A DNA stretch of 64,000 nucleotides from assembly GCA_964270895.1 (NCBI GenBank), contig OZ185440.1; one strand, written 5' to 3'. Numbering within the stretch: the first letter of the stretch is position 1; every line of letters starts with the position of its first letter. A program made the position numbers and the translations under genes. Shown here piece after piece: positions 58,952 to 64,000 of this stretch. The DNA comes from Podarcis filfolensis. Lineage: Eukaryota. The notes under the pieces were generated by a model. The model did not search any database and was not told the DNA's origin. It saw nothing but the letters and a program-made list of their open reading frames with translations.

Positions 58952-58963
58952 GTTAAAAATAGA
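58952..58963 (+). terminator. snRNA 3' box
   Basis: GTTAAAAATAGA 10 nt downstream of the U5 3' end, matching the GTTT-N-AAARNAGA-type consensus. Confidence 0.7.
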
Positions 58964-59499
58964 TTTGAATGCTTACCAACTTCACAAAAATCCGGCATAA
59001 AACAGTGTTGTTAAAAGCATTATGCTGTTCGTTTCTTTTAATGCCGACCCATAGCGCAGTTTTATACGTGTTTAGGCGGAAGCAAGAATTTAAAAAGTCT
59101 GCTTATTTTGAAGTTACCGGTAATTACGATTTACTGTATATCAATGAATGAAGGACTGCCGGAAATGTAGCGTTCTGATCGCTAGCCCATCGGACTTGGG
59201 GAACCCTGTGCAAATGCCCCCTCCGCCACAAAACTCCCTCGGTGACATTGGGCTTGTGTCTCTCAGGCAGCCCATCTTATAAGGGTGTAAAGGGAATAAA
59301 AACGGGTGGCTGGGGGTCTGAGCTTGAAGGAAGAGAGGGATAAAATGCCATGAATACGATATGTGCATAATATTGAATTTTGGCAATCGTCACGAGATTC
59401 CCATAGATTCAAAAAAGGAAAAGTTGTATACCAAAAGGCAAAAATAAATGAATCGGGCAAAACGCAAAAAAGGTTGAAAACGGAAAAGTTAAAAATTAC

Positions 59500-60400
59500 G
59501 AGATACCAATTAATCTGCACTAAAAGACCCCGTCATTCGTCTACCTATATAGCTGCTTCTCCATCACAAGAGAGGCCATTTCCCCTCCGCTCCTCCGGGT
59601 AGGCTCCATGTCATTAACTTTGGCTTGCACGTCATTTTCGGAAGTGTAAATCTCCAGAAAACATGGGGAAACAATTAGGGGGCGGGCGCCGCAAGTCGTG
59701 CTGGTAGATGTAGTTTTTTTGTAGGCATTTACGTCACCTGACAGACGTAGCTTCCCGGCAGGCTTTGCGGCGCGCCCCGTTCAAAACGGCGGCAGTTGAT
59801 TCGCTGCTTCTTTTCGATACCGGTCTGTGAAGTGAGAAGTGCTCCTTTTTTTTGCTGACGCTAGAGAACCAGACTTTTCCAGTACTATGGACCCAAGCGT
59901 TTATGGATGCCTTGAGCCCGGGTCAGTGATTAATATTCAGCGTAGTAATGGTAAGTAAAGGAGTAGAGCCTGACAAAAATCGCGATCTGTTTAGGTGTGT
60001 CTTTTTCCTCTTGCCGTAGCCAAAGTTTTCAGCCTCTTCTGGGGCTTTGTAGAATTAATGCGCATGCGCTGCAGTTATCCTCGCCTTCCTTCTGGCGTGC
60101 GATGGAACTTACTGATAGGAAGGGACCCAGCATATAGCCAGATAGAGAAGCCCCTGCTTGGTTTTTATTTCATTATCCAGTACTTATCTCCCACCCTTCT
60201 TCCGTCATGGAAGCCAAGAAGGCGTTGCACGCTGTTCCCCGGTGGTCTCCCATCCTGGCACTGACCATCCACAGACTTGTTTAACAGCAACAAGGTTCCC
60301 TTATGCAGTAGAGCTGCCTCAGACGTTGCGTAGTTGAATACAAATCTGGTGAAATTCTTTCCCTCCCCGACACTCCAGTGCTAATAAGATGAGGCGTTTC
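59500..60400 (+). promoter_or_regulatory. KIF2C CpG-island promoter with CHR-like and MYB-like motifs
   Basis: CpG-rich; TTCAAA (reverse CHR TTTGAA) at 59780-59785 flanked by GGCGCG/CGGCGG; CAGTTG nearby; GGGGCGGGCG GC box at ~59678; ATG at 59887. Confidence 0.65.
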
Positions 60401-63400
60401 CGTTAGTAATTTGAGTTCCAGGCTGTTAAGGGCTTTATAGGTGAATAACATAACTCTGAATTGTGCCTATAAGCTAACAAGCTGCTAATGCAGCTGTTCA
60501 CAGGATCACTTTGCCTCAGTTTATAGTGAACAATTAGTTTTACGAAATGGTTTAATGACTTTTTCAAACAACTTTTTACATACAATTTTTCCATTTGAGG
60601 GCCACATTCCTTTCTGGGCAAATTTACAGGGGCCAGAGGCATGGGGATAGCCATGGTTTATGTTAGGGGGACAGACTTTCTGCGGGGGCAGAACTTTGGT
60701 TACCTAAGTATTTTTATTGATTTGCTTGTTTTTGGGGGGTGGAGGTGCAAACCTTGGCCACAGGCAAAAGTGGACAGATAAGAATTTGGAACCCTTTGTA
60801 CAGTAGGCTATATTCCAGCCACACAAAAGCTAGAGGTTTGTCTATCCACACATGCTTTTCTGGATTGAAAGATTTGTGCAACAGTCATTACAGTATCACT
60901 TTCAAGGATACATTCCAGCCAGACAAAAGCACTCAAAGTGGGTACCAAACAGAGCCTGGGGAGAGTCCCAAGGGCTGGTTAGAGAAGCTAGGAGAATCAC
61001 CTATGCCCCCCTTGGCTGGGGATTCCTCGCCTCTTCTGCAGACTCTTTTCTAAAATAAATTTTGACCTTTGGATATAAGAAGGCATATTCTGTTGGTAAT
61101 GGTACTACCTGGAAACTATCAACAATAGCTAGCAGAGCTATAACTAACTGTGTTTTGGGGGAGGGGGTGCCAAAAAACTACTGAGCTTCTCTAGGAATAG
61201 TAGTAGGGCTGGGCCATATATTGATAACATCATCTAAAACTAGTTTGATGTTCATATTGTGATATTTGTTTCATAATTTTTCACCTGGCAATATATTGCG
61301 AATCATGATGTGTCTGTGTGTGCATTATGCAAAAATCATGATGCTGGAAGAACTGTGAAGCCAGTCAATGCCTCTACATAGCTCCATCCTTATTTCAGAC
61401 ATTGTGATGTATCATTATATCATCCCTACATCGTAGGCCATGTTAGTATGTAGAAAATGGTTTTGTCCAAGTTGGTGTTAAGCATAAGCAAACTTATTAA
61501 GACTGTCAAGGAAATGACCCAGGGAGAAGAGAAAGAATTACTGCAAAAAAATTATATTACCTAGAACTGTCTCTCAAAAGAGGGCAGCAAATCGTTACCT
61601 ATGGTACTCCATTAATACTTTTCTGCTTAGAGTGGAAGCTCACAGATGTGTTTGTACTTTTGTGACAAGTTTCACATTGCATGTTTCGGATTAGTTGATA
61701 TTTCAATGCATCTAGTTCCTCTGTGGTTCTCTGATTTGAGGAAACTAGCCTTTTTTGAAATGATTTCCCCCCTATTCAGGTGCAGTCCATGGTGCCACAA
61801 TCAAGGCAGTGAGTCTGGAAAAAATGGTGGTATCTGTAGAATGGACAGAAAATAACACTGTCAAAGGGAAAGAGGTGAGAATTTGAAATATATCCCCATT
61901 CTTTACTTATGCAGTCAAGCAGCTGAGGCTAAGAGCAACCCTAACCCCTAGATATGCTGGCTGAAGGGAGTTAGGATGAGGTGGAGGTGCCTTTCCTCTG
62001 GTGAGCAAGGTGTCTAAGCTGCAGACCATAGCTATGGCCACAGAAAGCTCCACAGGTTGTTTAACTGCCAGAGAATAAGAAATAAAATTCCAGATTCTCC
62101 CTTCACTTGCCCTGCCCGCACGAGTTGGTAGACTTTAGAAGTGGCAGATTGTCCATCAATGCATTCCCTCTCCACTCCACCCTCCATTTAGGATTGGTAG
62201 TCCAATACATGTTTACATATAAGTCCTATTGAACATAATAGGGCCTATGAGCTATTGAGGTGCATACAATTCAGCAATGATTCTCCAGCAATACCAATTG
62301 CCTGTTGGCTCCTTTTAGACATATGGCTAGCCACTGGAAAACAGAATGCTGGGCTGGATTTGCCTTTGCTTTGATCCAGCAAGGCGCTTATGATTGAGTA
62401 GACATCATATAAACCATATATTTGGAAATCTTCAATAAATGTTGGTTTAAAACCTACCTCCTGCATCATACACGTGGTGCTTTTTTGTCCAGAATTAGTA
62501 AGAATTCCAACTCTAAAAACCCTTTTGCATGTCTTTGAATGGATATTTGTAGATATGCCAATTAAATAAATCATATCCTGCCTTTCCACCATATGATCCT
62601 CAAAAATAATTCCTTCTCTACCTCCAACTTGATTTTTTTTTTTCATTTACCATTCTTTTTCCTTGTGGGAGTCCCACCTAAACTGCACAGTGTGGTTTTC
62701 TAGGATAGTGCTTGACTGACTTTTTTTTTTTAAATTGAATTTTATAATTCATCTGCGTCTGTAAAATGTATTATGCAAAGCAAGAGTGCATTCTGGGATC
62801 TTACCAATTAAGATGTTGCTGTATTAAGTGATCTTGATGTGTATTATTAAGAACATAATATCTATTATGTTGGATGAAGTGAAGGACTAACATTCTCTAT
62901 AAAAATTATCCAGTAGATCATGGCCTACCTTCAGCCTACCCTGATAAATGGTGTATAATGCAGAAATGGTCCTAAAAATAATGACACCCTTTTGCTTAGA
63001 AAGTTGTATCATATAGGCTGCAAAACTAATTTACTCATTTGGGAGTAAGTTGTGAATATATTGAGCTCAGTAGAGCCTAGCTTTTGAGTAAACATGACTA
63101 TGATCAGGCTGAATGTTAGCCAATAAGTGTATATACTAAACACCTACTCAGAGCTTTTTTTGTTAACCACAAAACAAACTCTTGTTGTGTTAAATGAATA
63201 AGGCAACATTTCCCAACATGGTGTGATATGTGTAGAAGCTGAATAGTTGATCTGGAGACTTCAAATTCATACTTCCTACCTGCTCTATGGGTGCCTCTGT
63301 AGCTCAGGAAAATGACTGTTAGAATATTGCAGCACTAGCAATAGGATTATGATGTCATTCTTAAGGTAAAGCAGATGGGCTGTGGCGCATGACTTATTCA

Positions 63401-63977
63401 CTCTACCTCTGCACATTCACAAAGCTAAGAGGGAGAAATCAGTTGCATAGCCTAACTGATTAGTTTTAGATTAGTAAACACTTCATTTTTTGGAATGACA
63501 GTCTAAGAATTTGTTTCAGTAAGTAATATTTGCTTTACAAATACTAGGAGCTTACAGCGGAAATCAAGGAATGACTGGGATGTACTAAGATTAGCTACTA
63601 GAGATTAAAGCATTTGTAGCAAATGGGCTTTGCTGGTGTCTTGTGAAATAAGAGCCTCCTGGAACACTATATTGGTGGGCAACTTGTTTTATATATCAAT
63701 TTATGAGAGCTGTGAATTCATTGCTTTAAACTGGTCATGCCAAACAAATTGCTGACTGGTGGTCCTGGTGCTTAGGCATGTGGTAGATTGCTTAACACAT
63801 ACCCTTAAGGCTGATGATTAATTATGTGGTAAATGGCTCATCCTGTGTTTTGTGTCTGTTTTCCCTTTGCAGATTGACCTTGATGATGTGGTAGCAATAA
63901 ATCCAGAGCTGTTTACATCTCCAGTTGTTGCTGCTGCGAAAGAAAGCCATCATGCCCAGGAGAATGTAACCACACAG
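59887..63977 (+). CDS. KIF2C: Kinesin-like protein KIF2C (MCAK), 5' partial: coding exons 1-3
   Basis: join(59887..59950,61780..61874,63873..63977) gives MDPSVYGCLEPGSVINIQRSNG-AVHGATIKAVSLEKMVVSVEWTENNTVKGKE-IDLDDVVAINPELF...QENVTTQ, matching the kinesin-13 N-terminal domain (IQRSNG, SVEW, KGKEID, INPEL). The gene continues past the window. Confidence 0.93.
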
Positions 63978-64000
63978 GTAGGTTATCCTGGAGTTTTTCC

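Noticed and set aside
57000-64000. GPBP1L1, the human neighbour of CCDC17
   Set aside because: No recognisable exons; the region contains U5 and KIF2C instead.

Overview
Vertebrate genomic DNA, not prokaryotic. The repeat content (palindromic hAT MITEs, a Tigger-like MITE, CR1 and L1 fragments) suggests a squamate reptile, probably a lacertid lizard; this is inference. Genes were assembled by hand from GT-AG exon chains with matching codon phase. From left to right: AKR1A1 (+, 8 coding exons, 327 aa); NASP (+, 14 coding exons, 754 aa with the 948-bp testis-type cassette exon and 438 aa without it); a 17-exon minus-strand open reading frame of about 760 aa at 33237-43692 that I cannot assign to a named gene; CCDC17 (-, at least 14 coding exons); a U5 snRNA gene with intact promoter elements; and the first three coding exons of KIF2C (+). 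The main lead is the unnamed ORF. It holds three tandem copies of a C2-like module that also occurs once in CCDC17, and its first exon is phase-compatible with the last confident CCDC17 exon. It may therefore be the C-terminal half of a ~1450-aa multi-C2 protein, or a sister gene, that human CCDC17 lacks. Secondary leads are a coding 30-bp tandem repeat in NASP, a twin-primed inverted L1, a long fold-back inverted duplication, and a CCDC17-U5-KIF2C junction that differs from human gene order. Most ORFs in the supplied six-frame track are spurious or are single exons read into introns.
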